From Mycobacterium leprae TN (GTDB taxonomy: Bacteria > Actinomycetota > Actinomycetes > Mycobacteriales > Mycobacteriaceae), in NCBI RefSeq assembly GCF_000195855.1, contig NC_002677.1, forward strand, positions 600,001 through 632,000: a DNA stretch of 32,000 nt, given 5' to 3'. Shown here one piece after another: positions 1-9,983 of the stretch. The position numbers and the translations under genes are program-made. The notes beneath the pieces were generated by a model. That model did no database searches and was not told where the DNA came from. It saw nothing but the letters and a program-made list of their open reading frames with translations. The stretch's first letter is position 1, and each line of letters opens with the position of its first letter.

Positions 1-1023
1 GAGGGCACCGCTGGGGTGGTGCGTGCGGTGATTGAACACGGTCTGGACCGTGGAGCGTTGCCGGTGAAGCTGTGCTACGCGGGCCCGTTTTTCCGATACG
101 AGCGTCCCCAGGCCGGCCGATGTCGCCAACTGCAGCAGGTCGGCGTTGAAGCAATCGGTGTCGACGACCCGGCCCTAGACGCCGAGGTGATCACCATCGC
201 CGACGCTGGCTTCCGCTCCCTGGGTCTGGACGGGTTCCAGTTGGAAATCACTTCGCTGGGCGATGGTACTTGTCGCCCGCAATATCGAAAACTGTTGCAG
301 GAGTTTCTCTTGCAGCTCGACCTTGACGAAGATACCCGCCGACGCGCCGAGCTTAATCCGCTGCGGGTGCTTGATGACAAACGACCCCAGGTGCAAGCGA
401 TGACAGCCGCAGCTCCGGTGTTGCTAGACCATTTGTCCGATGGCGCCAAGCAGCACTTCGATACGGTGCTGGCTCACCTGGACGCTCTGCGGGTGCCATA
501 TGTCATCAACCCGCGGATGGTGCGAGGGCTGGATTACTACACAAAAACAACCTTCGAGTTCGTCCACCCCGGCTTAGGTGCGCAATCCGGCATCGGCGGC
601 GGTGGACGTTATGATGGTCTAATGCGTCAGCTCGGCGGGCAGGACTTGTCGGGCATCGGATTCGGACTCGGGGTGGACCGGACCTTGCTGGCCCTACATG
701 CCGAAGGCAAGACCGTGGGGGAAACCACACGCTGCGACGTATTCGGTGTGTCGCTGGGTGAAGCTGCTAAACTCAAGGTGGCGATGTTGGCCGGGCAACT
801 GCGTGCTGCCGGCGTCCGCGTCGACCTGATCTACGGGGATCGCGGGATCAGGGGAGCGATGCGTGCGGCGGGCCGTTCCGGTGCTCGCATCGCGTTGATA
901 GTAGATGATTGCGCCATTAAGGCCGACGGTGTCGGTGTGAGGGATCTAGCCACCGGTGAACAGATTTCGGTAGCTGTAGATTCTGTTGTCGCCGAAGTAA
1001 TTTCGAGAATAGCTCCGAGTTAG
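1..1023 (+). CDS. hisS: Histidyl-tRNA synthetase, C-terminal ~340 codons (5' end lies outside the window)
   Basis: Frame 1 is open from base 1 to TAG at 1021-1023. It carries class II HisRS motifs [26 protein letters not shown] and [11 protein letters not shown], followed by an anticodon-binding-type C-terminus. Confidence 0.95.
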   Translation, partial: EGTAGVVRAVIEHGLDRGALPVKLCYAGPFFRYERPQAGRCRQLQQVGVEAIGVDDPALDAEVITIADAGFRSLGLDGFQLEITSLGDGTCRPQYRKLLQEFLLQLDLDEDTRRRAELNPLRVLDDKRPQVQAMTAAAPVLLDHLSDGAKQHFDTVLAHLDALRVPYVINPRMVRGLDYYTKTTFEFVHPGLGAQSGIGGGGRYDGLMRQLGGQDLSGIGFGLGVDRTLLALHAEGKTVGETTRCDVFGVSLGEAAKLKVAMLAGQLRAAGVRVDLIYGDRGIRGAMRAAGRSGARIALIVDDCAIKADGVGVRDLATGEQISVAVDSVVAEVISRIAPS

Positions 1024-1037
1024 CTCGGCTGACTTCG

Positions 1038-1063
1038 TCAGACGAAATTTGTCGTTCGTCTGA
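1038..1063 (+). terminator. Stem-loop 15 nt after the hisS stop (9-bp perfect stem tcagacgaa / ttcgtctga, 8-nt loop); no U-tract
   Basis: The inverted repeat was read directly from the sequence. Its position right after the stop codon suggests a terminator or stabiliser, but function is not shown. Confidence 0.3.
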
Positions 1064-1151
1064 ACCAGGGGTCGGCGTTATTGACCATACGGTTATTGAC
1101 GTGATCGCAGAAGCCGGCTCGCGGGGATGCTGAGGTGTTGGGAGCGAAGAC

Positions 1152-1606
1152 ATGGCGTTTGTTATTGTGCTCCCTGAACTGGTGGCAGCCACAGCGACGG
1201 ATCTGTAGGGAATCGGCACTTCGCTGAGCGAAGTCGACGCCGCGGCTGCCGCGCAAACAACTGGAGTACTGGCGGCCGGTGATGACGAAATTCGGCGGCC
1301 ACTACGACGTTGTTTCCGGGTACGGTCTGGCCTACCGGGCGCTCAGTGATCAGGTGGAGCAATTTCATTAACAGGTTCGTGCAGGCGCTCAATGTCACTG
1401 CGACGCGTTATGTCAGTGCTAGGTCGGTAAATGCCTCGCTATTGCAGACTTTGGAGCAGGAGCTGTTGGGTTTGGTCAATGCGTCCACCGAGACGTTGCT
1501 GGGACATCCGCTGATTGGCAATGGCGGTATGAAAGGCAACGGTGGTCAATTGGCGGGCACTTCGGGGATGATGGGTGCGGTGCAGCCCTTCCGCGTGTGG
1601 ACTTGA
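1152..1606 (+). pseudogene. PE-family gene relic (in-frame TAG plus frameshifts)
   Basis: From ATG 1152 the translation reads MAFVIVLPELVAATATDL*GIGTSLSEVDAAAAAQTTGVLAAGDDE. After a frameshift it reads QFHxQFVQALN..., then LLQTLEQELLGLVNASTETLLGHPLIGNGG. This matches the PE N-terminal consensus (MSFV..PE..AAA..L..IGS...AAAA.PTT.V.AAAADEVS...FH.QFVQAL...LIGNG). Confidence 0.75.
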
Positions 1607-1609
1607 CGA

Positions 1610-2355
1610 ATATTGGGATTGATGTTCGCATATAAACATGTGTTGGGCTGGTCAAACTTCGTAGTCAACGGGACGTTTGTCGACGACGGGGTGCTGCTGG
1701 CGGCTGCAGCGGGTCGGTTTCGTCCATAAGCGTGCGCGTTCCGCATTTCGAGAGCCGCTACGTATTGATGCCCGGCATCATCAACACGCTCGTCGGGGTC
1801 CGGCACGCTGCTGTCAATCTTTCGCCCTACGGAACCCTGCTGGGTAGGGACCTGTCGCTCATCGCCGACGAGGTGCAACAGGTGTCGGCGTCGCTGGCGG
1901 TAGCTGATGCAGAGTTACACTGAGATGTCGAACTGGGCACATCGGATACCGCAGGAGCTTCTGGGGCTGATCAGCGCAATCCGTTACGCCGGTCTGGACT
2001 GGCATGTGATGGTTGTTGGTTTGGCCGTATCTCACCGACTCCATCGAGCACCTTGACCGGTTGCTTGGACGGGAACGTGGCTGCCGGTGTGAAGGTTTTC
2101 GTCCTACATTTGCGTGGTTCGACCCGCGGCTGATTCATATCCTGGTTGGCCTGTGCGCATTCTGAATTCGTCGGCCCGTACCAGGAATTCTACCAGTGTA
2201 GAGCCTATCTGCCGCTGAGCTACCGTGAGATGTTTCGGCAACGTGCTGCGCTGCTGATTACGAGGTATCAGCTGATGGGTGATCACCGCCGGTGGCCATT
2301 GACGACCATATCGGCGGCGGTTCCGGGTCACACAGCACCACCGGCACGCCAGTAG
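1610..2355 (+). pseudogene. Relic of an Rv2578c-family radical SAM protein (C-terminal two thirds only)
   Basis: Peptides are scattered over the frames: ESRYVLMPGIINTLV...LSPYGTLLGRDLSLIADE...SLAVADAELH, then IRYAGLDWHVMV, VKVFVLHLRGSTRG, and HSEFVGPYQEFYQCRAYLPLSYREMFRQRAALLITRYQL. They match my recollection of this family and of its position next to the phosphoesterase gene. The CxxxCxxC N-terminal part is missing. Confidence 0.55.
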
Positions 2356-3914
2356 CGAACTGGTCTATTGCGGTGATGGCGTTGAACAGCCCGCTCACCG
2401 CGTAATACGTTGCCTTGATTGACATCATATTGTGGACTGGTTGACCCGGATTGACGTAGAAAGCCGTAAGGATTGTTGCGGTCGTGAAACACCGACCGCG
2501 CCGCATCTGTATAAAATGTATATCGGCACCTTACGTCCGATAGCGGGATCAAATGTACCGACGTCGGTAAGCCACGCGGCACTAAGGGCACTAAGGTTGG
2601 AGGGAACAGCAGCGCGTTGCTGGGCAGCGGGGTACCGCCGCCGATAACCATGTGCACTGTGCCCTGGGTGGCGTCGATGAGGTCGACGGGAATTGGTGTT
2701 TCGGGTGTCTGCACCCAATATTACGCGCAATGGGTGTGAGCGTTCGGTAATGGTGTTCGTGGCTGCGCATCACGAGATCGACCTGGTGCTCGTCGAACAA
2801 CCTCAACCATTCCTCGCGAAATCCCGATGTCGACGCCATTGTTGCGGTCAGTGGTGGAGATTGTCGCCTGATGAATACAAACGACCACCCAGTCAAAATC
2901 TGGGTCGTTTCGTGCGTCGGCTAATTTGTCTGCAAGTTAGCGCTTTTGCTTTCCTACCTAGTATTTATGCACGTACGAATTGCGGCCATCTTGTAAGGCC
3001 ACGTCCTCGTTGTTCCGGCTGATTACCCGCACAGAGTTAGCGGTGAATGAGTAGCATAGAGCTGAGGACTAGATCCCAAATTGTTCACCGCAAAGTAGAT
3101 CTCATAGGAACCGTAACTAATTGGCCCATTGCCTAATTCGCTCTCGTGATTGCCGAAGGCCGGCATCAACGACAGTTAATGCGTCGAATCGGGTGGTGTT
3201 GTCAAGCCGGCCCAACCAAGTGCGGGTCCGGTCTTAGGCGAGTTCAGCCTAGCATAGGTCACCGTGCACGAGGTTGAACAGCAGGGCGATGCGTTTGATC
3301 GCGATCGTGGTATCGTCGGCTGTGGGCGAGCCAATGTTGTTGATTAATGCTATGTATTATTGGTCAACTGGCTTAACTCCGGAGTAGATCGACCACTGAA
3401 ACTGTATTAATAGCAGCCATTTTTCGTCATTCTGGTGCGGTGTGCACGGTCCTTAGCCCGGGCTCCATACCTATGATGGACCGCGGCGTAGATGTAGTCG
3501 GTGTCCGCGGTCAGGTTCGTCAAGTGGGTGTGGTTGGTGCGGACCTGGGTGTGGACTGTGCGTCTCGGTATGTTCGGGTTTATGTTGGCACGGTTTTACC
3601 GAGCCCAGATGTCGGCGTGTCGAACATGACTCGCGGTCTGCGGATGGCGTCGGTGGTGTGCCATGACACGATAACCTCGGTTGCGGCGTTTTTGCCAAAT
3701 TGCAGATGCAGACCACCCACCGGCGGTGCGCTATGTCGGTCCGACCGGGGTATGTATCCGTGACCGCGTGGGTGAGATCACAACAGTGCAGCTCTGCCCG
3801 CACCAATGATCGCCGCTACCGTACTCGCCGTTAACCTGCGGCGGCTGACGGCGGTTCTGATGTTCGGGTGGTCGGGTCAGGACCATCGTCCCGTTGCGGA
3901 TCTCGCTTATTCAT
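2300..3914 (-). pseudogene. Purple-acid-phosphatase-like metallophosphoesterase relic (Rv2577-like), many frameshifts and stops
   Basis: Minus-strand motifs occur in the expected order. From ATG at 3914: MNKRDPQRDD..; VHLQFGKNAATEVIVSWHT; AFGNHESELGNGP (3100-3180); VRVISRNNEDVALQDG; DWVVVCIHQATIST; VDLVMRSHEHHY; GTVHMVIGGG; and YVNPGQPVHNMMSIKATYYAVSG. Total length is about 1.6 kb, as expected for a ~530-aa protein. The 3' boundary is approximate. Confidence 0.8.
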
Positions 3915-4012
3915 GCTTCATACCCCGAGCTGGGCGACCGCTGATGTATCTGGCCGGTGAACGTCTGCCGGGACTGCTACGCGGGTAACTGAATCCGGTA
4001 AGTGTTTTTGTC

Positions 4013-4390
4013 ATGATGAACCTGCGAAAAATGATCAGCGCGGTCGCGATCACAACGTTTGGGGTGGTGCCGGAAGTCGCAACGACTACACCGACGGCAC
4101 CCGCAGACCCAGCTGGTCTATACTAACAAAATAATCACCAGTGATCTGATCGTCAATATCCACTACATGAACACCGATCCGCCCAGTTAAGCGGTCTTTA
4201 ACGCTGACTCAGCGAAATATCTGAACACTGTGTCCACCCCAGATCTCCGGTGTTCAGCCACTGGGCTATATCGCAATGTGGCAATCCGAACTAGTGGACG
4301 ATTGTTACCGTTCAGCGGGTGGGCTGCGGATCAATGTTCAATTGTATCGTGAGATCGCGGTGGACGGTCAGGTGGTGGTATCATAAAACG
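4013..4390 (+). pseudogene. Relic of a small exported or membrane protein (signal-peptide-like N-terminus, premature stop at 4124)
   Basis: ATG 4013 gives MMNLRKMISAVAITTFGVVPEVATTTPTAPADPAGLY, then TAA. Downstream frames are broken. The position matches a small gene between the phosphoesterase and the Zn-peptidase in M. tuberculosis (from memory). Confidence 0.3.
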
Positions 4391-5192
4391 GTGGCAGCCG
4401 CGTCTGGTTCTTGACGGGACCTTTCTACTCGGCACGTAGCCAATAGCCGCTAGATGCGATCGTGAGCCTGGTAGGTGGTGATCTTGCCCTTTTTCCTATT
4501 ATGGCCTATAGTAATCCGGACAGCAGCGGCATCGATATGAGCACTGAATTACTGGTCAGCATGTTCGAGTCCATCGACAATATCAGCATGCTCAAAGAAT
4601 CCATTCGGTGAATTGTACCGGATGCTGCGCATCATCGAACTCAATGTCGGACGGCTGCCCTTCTACAGCGGTAGTAACCTGCTCGTGTTCGACGCGCTGA
4701 AGGTTGGTGCATCCGGTTGGCGCACCGCACGGCCGCACCCACTTTGCGTCCGCCGCCGTACATCGACCTGTAAAACGCAGTGCGCGTCAGCGGTCTGGAG
4801 AAAGCATAGATTCTTTACGACGACCTCAAGGAGCCTCTGCAGTTCATAATCACAGTCGGGTTGGTCACCACCGTGAAAGCCGGTCTCAATTTGCTGGGAT
4901 TGTTCGCTGGAGATCCGCGTGTGTCGTTGCTGCCGCTCGATTGAACAAGGACATGCCGAGTTGCGTAAGCTGTTCACTGTCGCCTGAGTCGGCGTTCAAC
5001 CCAGCACGGTAGGCTGTGATCGGGACGATTACTAGAGGACGTCAGAGCGAATGCCATGCGCGACGACACGGACCAATATGTCGTGAATGATGTTTTGATT
5101 GTGGGTTCGGAGTAATTGAGCTGCATTACACACTTCGTGTGTGCTCCTTTCCTCCTACCGTGATCGGTTGGCCAGTGTATAATATGTCGTGG

Positions 5193-6015
5193 CTATCCCA
5201 AATTCGTGGCGTCGAAGGTGTTACACTTCTTCGGGCCACCGCTCTGATGCCCCATGGTGAGCCACTTTTGCTGTTGCGTGGAGGAATCGTGTGTCCACGA
5301 TTCTGGGTTGGTATTTCTGGTTGTGGCTTTCTGGATATGATCGTCGCTCACTGAGGACGCAGCCAAGAGGGCATCTTGGATGTCCTTGTCGTTCAACGGC
5401 TCCAGATAAGGCACACCAGTGCTGTTCTGCTTGATCGTTGACGCCTAGTGTGGCTAACACACCGCCTGCAACTCGGTGTGCGCACCGTTGCCGTGGGCGC
5501 CCTGCTGGGCGAGGCGGAGCGCCCCCTGCCGGTTTGCAGATGATGGTCGTATTCGTGAGCGACCATTTATTCTCCGCCAAGTGGGTTGCCGCTGGAACTG
5601 AATTTGTCTATCAGTACTTCGAGGAAGTCGGTGTCAAAGTACGTCGCCTGGTCCACCGGACAGTAGAATGGTCTCACTGCGCGAGTGGTCAGTCTGTGGC
5701 TGCTGTTTATCTGGCTGTTGAACAACCTGTTTGTGCGGACGGGTGTAGCTGCGCAGCAGTTGTTTCCATACAGTGTCCACGGAGTTACTGGTGACTACTT
5801 ACCCAGCACTGCACGTATTTGTTGGCATCGACCTCGGGTTTTTCCCTGTTCAAGTCGAAACTGGGCGCTAAGTTATCGGTAGTGTCGATTCGCCGCTGGC
5901 TCAGAATGCCGCCCGGATCCATGCCCAGGAATATCGCCACCACCACGACCAACCGCTCGCCGCCAGAGGTCGACGTGGTGTTAGTGTTTATCTGCGTACT
6001 CTCGTTGAAGAGCAA
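5193..6015 (-). pseudogene. YpfJ-type neutral zinc metallopeptidase / glycine-rich membrane protein relic
   Basis: The minus strand from TTG 6015 reads LLFNESTQINTNTTSTSGGERLVVVVAIFLGMDPGGIL. It continues with REKPEVDANKYVQC, RPFYCPVDQATYFDTDFLEVL, a stop directly before MVAHEYDHHLQ (the HExxH motif), then GGVLATL, and LEPLNDKDIQDALLAASSVSDDHIQ...NPESWTHDSSTQQQKW...CNTF, spread over three frames. Confidence 0.8.
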
Positions 6016-6104
6016 CGTACTCTTCGTTGCGCTTTGACCCTTGCATTTCTGACCCAGCCTGCAGTCCAGCTTTGCACACCGCAGCCCCTGGCATGCTAGC
6101 ATTG

Positions 6105-6743
6105 CTACCCGGGTCCGCCGCTGACCGCAGCCAGCAGCGGCACCACGACATCGCTGATCGGGGTCGCCAGACTGTGGGCGCGTGCCTTGCGGATGATCGC
6201 CCCGTTGCGGATATCCCATTCCAACCGCCGATGGCTTTCCCGGTCGGCCAGGATCAGTGTGCCCCAGGCCGCGATGCGGAAATTGGGGTTTTCTGCTACC
6301 CCGGCAACCGGAATCACGCAGTAGCTCAGAGAGCGTCTTAGCCTCGGGTTTGGTGGTCAATATACAGAGTAGCTTTTCGGCGGAATACCAGAAACTCCCC
6401 AGAACCACGGCTGACGACGGGCAGAGCGGCTGCAACCTGGTAGACCTGTGCAACACCGTTTTGCGGCACGGTGACAATAGTGTTCTCGTAACACAACCCA
6501 GTCAGCCGCCCGTGAGCATCATTGTTTTGGATAGATTTGATTGCCAGCACCACAACGTCGACCGGGCCAGGTTACCTTCGCCAGAATCGGTGCGCACCTT
6601 ATCTGGTACCACGATACGATTGTCGCCGCCGGGACGAATTTAGATGCTGTCGCGCGGAGTGTTACCACATACCAGGACTGAATGCCTGGCCGCATGCAAT
6701 ATGTGCCGACTGTCGTTCCGACAGCGCCGGGTCCGACCAATGA
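6105..6743 (-). pseudogene. Ketopantoate reductase (ApbA/PanE) family relic
   Basis: The minus strand shows an N-terminal Rossmann motif, LVGPGAVGTTVGTY (ORF 6519..6740). The ApbA_C-like segment LILADRESHRRLEWDIRNGAIIRKARAHSLATPISDVVVPLL lies in a different frame (ORF 6105..6317), and the middle is out of frame. Confidence 0.6.
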
Positions 6744-6809
6744 AATCTTGGTTGTGGGGTTGGTAGCGATACGGCTGAAAGTTGCACCACCCTCTAGACT
6801 GGGCAGTCG

Positions 6810-6824
6810 TTAGTTGTCAACTAA
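6810..6824. repeat. 15-bp palindrome ttagttg-t-caactaa, 9 nt upstream of the likely aspS start
   Basis: Read directly from the sequence: 7-bp arms, 1-nt centre, AT-rich. Any operator or RNA role is speculative. Confidence 0.9.
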
Positions 6825-6832
6825 AACGGGGA

Positions 6833-8608
6833 GTGTTTGTGCTGCGTAGCCACGGCGCTGGTGTGTTACGGAAAAGCGATGCCGGGCAGCAGGTAACATT
6901 AGCTGGCTGGGTGTCTCGCCGTCGAGACCACGGCGGCGTCATCTTCATTGATCTGCGCGACTCCTCGGGCATCACACAGGCGGTGTTTCGCGAGCCTGAC
7001 GTGTTGGCCCAGGCGCATCGGCTGCGCGCTGAGTTCTGCATCGCGGTTTCCGGCGTAGTCGAGATTCGCCCCGAGGGTAACGCCAATGCCGAGATTCCCA
7101 CCGGCGATATCGAGGTCAACGCCACTTCGCTGACCGTGCTCGGTGAGAGTGCGCCGCTACCATTCCAACTCGATGAGCCTGCGGGTGAGGAATTGCGGTT
7201 GAAGTACCGTTACCTCGACCTGCGCCGCGACGGTCCTGGATCGGCAATTCGGTTGCGTTCCAAGGTGAATGCCACTGCTCGTGCAGTGCTGGCGCGCCAC
7301 GATTTCGTTGAGATCGAAACCCCGACGATCACCCGCTCAACCCCGGAGGGGGCGCGCGACTTTTTAGTTCCGGCCCGGTTGCGGCCGGGCACGTTCTATG
7401 CTCTGCCGCAGAGCCCGCAATTGTTCAAACAGTTGCTGATGGTGGCCGGGATGGAGCGTTATTACCAGATTGCCCACTGCTACCGCGACGAGGATTTCCG
7501 TGCCGACCGCCAGCCCGAATTCACTCAGCTCGACATGGAGATGAGCTTCGTCGATGCCGAGGATGTCATCGCGATCTCCGAGGAAATCCTAACCGAGCTC
7601 TGGATGCTGATAGGCTACCACATTCCGGCGCCGATCCCGCGGATCAGCTATGCGGATGCTATGCGACGGTTCGGCTCTGACAAGCCCGACTTGCGGTTCG
7701 GGCTGGAGCTTGTTGAATGCACAGAGTTCTTCTGCGACACAACGTTCCGTGTCTTCCAGGCACCGTATGTCGGTGCGGTAGTGATGCCCGGCGGTGCTGC
7801 ACAGCCGCGGCGCACACTGGACGAGTGGCAGGACTGGGCCAAACAGCGCGGGCATCGCGGCCTGGCCTACGTGCTGGTGACCGATGACGGTACGCTCGGC
7901 GGACCGGTGGCCAAGAACTTCAGCGATGCCGAACGCTCTCGCCTGGCCTCCCACGTAGGCGCCGAACCCGGGGACTGCATCTTCTTTTCAGCGGGCCCGG
8001 CGAAGTCGTCGCGGGCACTGCTGGGGGCCGCCCGCGGTGAGATCGCCAACCGGCTGGGTTTGATCGACCCCGAGGCCTGGGCGTTCGTCTGGGTAGTCGA
8101 CCCGCCGCTTTTCGAACGCGCCGACGAGGCCACCAAGGTCGGCGAAATGGCAGTGGGCTCTGGTGCGTGGACTGCGGTGCATCATGCCTTCACATCGCCG
8201 AAACCGGAATTCGAGGACAGCATAGAGTCCGATCCCGGCAGCGTGTTGGCCGATGCCTACGACATCGTTTGTAACGGCCACGAGATTGGTAGCGGCTCGG
8301 TTCGTATTAACCGCCGTGATATCCAGGAACGGGTGTTTGCGGTTATGGGATTGGAAAAGGCTGAGGCGGAGGAGAAATTCGGGTTCCTTTTGGAGGCTTT
8401 TACGTTTGGTGCGCCTCCGCACGGCGGTATCGCCTTTGGCTGGGATCGGACCAATGCCTTGCTGGCCGGGATGGAGTCGATACGTGAGGTGATTGCGTTC
8501 CCCAAGACCGGCGGTGGTGTCGACCCGCTCACTGATGCGCCGGCTTCGATAACCGCTCAGCAGCGCAAGGAATCCGGAATAGACACCAAGCCCAAAGAGG
8601 TTGAGTAG
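6833..8608 (+). CDS. aspS: Aspartyl-tRNA synthetase
   Basis: The ORF is intact. It has an OB-fold N-terminus ([23 protein letters not shown]) and class II motifs [44 protein letters not shown] and [11 protein letters not shown] chose GTG 6833 ([10 protein letters not shown]...) by similarity to mycobacterial AspS. The ORF-track start at TTG 6782 and GTG 6839 are alternatives. Confidence 0.97.
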   Translation: MFVLRSHGAGVLRKSDAGQQVTLAGWVSRRRDHGGVIFIDLRDSSGITQAVFREPDVLAQAHRLRAEFCIAVSGVVEIRPEGNANAEIPTGDIEVNATSLTVLGESAPLPFQLDEPAGEELRLKYRYLDLRRDGPGSAIRLRSKVNATARAVLARHDFVEIETPTITRSTPEGARDFLVPARLRPGTFYALPQSPQLFKQLLMVAGMERYYQIAHCYRDEDFRADRQPEFTQLDMEMSFVDAEDVIAISEEILTELWMLIGYHIPAPIPRISYADAMRRFGSDKPDLRFGLELVECTEFFCDTTFRVFQAPYVGAVVMPGGAAQPRRTLDEWQDWAKQRGHRGLAYVLVTDDGTLGGPVAKNFSDAERSRLASHVGAEPGDCIFFSAGPAKSSRALLGAARGEIANRLGLIDPEAWAFVWVVDPPLFERADEATKVGEMAVGSGAWTAVHHAFTSPKPEFEDSIESDPGSVLADAYDIVCNGHEIGSGSVRINRRDIQERVFAVMGLEKAEAEEKFGFLLEAFTFGAPPHGGIAFGWDRTNALLAGMESIREVIAFPKTGGGVDPLTDAPASITAQQRKESGIDTKPKEVE

Positions 8609-8610
8609 GC

Positions 8611-9041
8611 ATGACAGAATAGTTTCCGGACGCTGAAACGGTAAAGGAGTTCAACAAAACCATCGTCGACGAGTTCCAGGACAACGGCGGCAAGGTCGGT
8701 GGGCAATTCGCCAATTCAAACTTGCGGCTGCTAACAACGACCAGCGCTAAATCTGGCCAACGCCGGGCTTCGCCACTGACCTATTTTTCCGCAGCGACGG
8801 CAAGCTGATCACCATCGTGTCCTTTGTCGGTGCCTCGGTTAGTCCGGCTTGGGTGCACAACCTGGAGGCCAACCCTACGGGAACACGTCGAGATCGGGGT
8901 TCGAAGCGTTCGACGTGATGGCGCGTGAATTGTCTTCTACTGAGCGCGAACAGATCTTCCCTAAAGTTCCCTCCCTTCTCCGCAACGGGACAAGTCAAAA
9001 CCAGCCGGGTGATCCCGCTGTTAGAGCTGCACCTGATCTAG
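8611..9041 (+). pseudogene. Deazaflavin (F420)-dependent nitroreductase family (DDN-like) relic
   Basis: The sequence reads MTE* followed by VKEFNKTIVDEFQDNGGKVGGQFANSNLRLLTTTSAKSGQRRASPLTYF. After frameshifts it reads SPAWVHNLEANP, then FEAFDVMARELSSTEREQIFPKV, then RVIPLLELH. In-frame stops are at codon 4 and later. Confidence 0.8.
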
Positions 9042-9046
9042 TAGCA

Positions 9047-9500
9047 GGTAATAGACCGAGTCCCCGTGTTTGTCAAAAACTCATGTTCTCAAGGCAATTA
9101 GGAGTTTTCACTGAGTAGGACTCCAACTCTGCGCGTCCCTTAGCGTCCAGCATCGCCAGTTGCGGCCGTTTGACGTTGGAAGCCACACCCACCACCCAGC
9201 ATGTGTTCACCGGAACCGATCTCAGCGGCGCCGTGCACTACCAGACCGCCGCTCTCAATCACTAGTTGGGAAGCCAGCTTTCGCAACTCTGGGTTGTACT
9301 TCAGTATGTTTTCCGATGTACGGGGATCCTTCTCTAGACACCAACAGTACCACTGGTTCGCTGTCCACTATCAGGAGTCAACCCGAATGTTGCATGATCT
9401 TTGGTCTTGCGTGGGGTCGCTGCGTGAAGATCGTATTTCGCGATTTGTCCCCGACAGACCACACCTGGCATGTCGGGCCACGTATACTGAATTTCTGAAT
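9047..9500 (-). pseudogene. MaoC-like (R)-hydratase/dehydratase relic
   Basis: Minus-strand fragments are VGDKSRNTIFTQ, SPYIGKHTEVQPRVAKAGFPTSD (compare the hot-dog motif GD.NP.H.D.E.A..AGF...I), then GSGEHMLGGGCGFQRQTAATGDA, then a C-terminal beta-strand-like segment. There are several stops and frameshifts. The family call rests on short motifs only. Confidence 0.4.
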
Positions 9501-9681
9501 ACTATACTCCCACTGTTTGTAATGGAATGATAGGTATACTCATTTGGCGATGGTGTCTATCTCGAATAGATCTAATTTGTAGTAATTTATGTGTAATTCA
9601 CCTCTTAATATTGTGCTATAATTATAGCTTATAAGCCCGGTAAACGTGTGTGGGTTCATTAATTACTAAAGTAGAATTAAT

Positions 9682-9975
9682 ATGTCTTTGTGAGTGTAGA
9701 GGTTGGGGTGTTACAAGTAAGTTTCTATGTAAAGTGTGAAAATTTTTGATTGTGAGGTTGTTGCCGATAACAAGGTGGCTCTAGCAACAACCGCCATGAA
9801 TCCTTCTGCTATCAATTCGGAATCACAAAGGGTGACACCGTATCTGGTTCAGTTATGCGCAGCAGGATCGAAAGACTATCCTTAGGCGGTGGTATGCGGT
9901 CCTAGAAGCCGATAACGCCAAGATTTTGAGCTAAAAGAATTGTATATAGTCTTTACGAGCCGGAAGGAATAACTA
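9682..9975 (+). pseudogene. PE-family relic, heavily decayed and AT-shifted
   Basis: From ATG 9682 the sequence reads MSL*V*.. then VVADNKVALATTAM...YLVQLCAAGSKDYP*AVV. This is compatible with PE consensus MSFV...AAADEVSAAIAAL...YQALSAQAAAFH.QFV with internal deletions. It lies directly upstream of a clear PPE relic, the classical PE-PPE pairing. Confidence 0.45.
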
Positions 9976-9983
9976 ACAAAAAG

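Noticed and set aside
2100-2730. A PE-PPE (lipase-like) C-terminal domain; I considered it on both strands
   Set aside because: The minus-strand peptides fit the C-terminus of the purple-acid-phosphatase-like protein better (GTVHMVIGGG, then YVNPGQP...IKATYYAVSG). The plus-strand peptides fit the radical SAM C-terminus (LHLRGSTRG..YQEFY..AYLPLSYREM).
5785-6477. A 230-aa minus-strand ORF
   Set aside because: Only its last ~60 codons (GGERLVVVVAIFLGMDPGG...DANKYVQC) are real YpfJ-like sequence. The rest is an out-of-frame read across the intergenic region and the ketopantoate-reductase-like relic, with an Arg/Gly/Pro-rich composition typical of wrong-frame GC-rich DNA.
8606-8640. A weak 5-bp stem (gtttc...gaaac) after aspS as a terminator
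   Set aside because: The stem is too short and lies inside the start of the DDN-like relic, so it is not distinguishable from chance.
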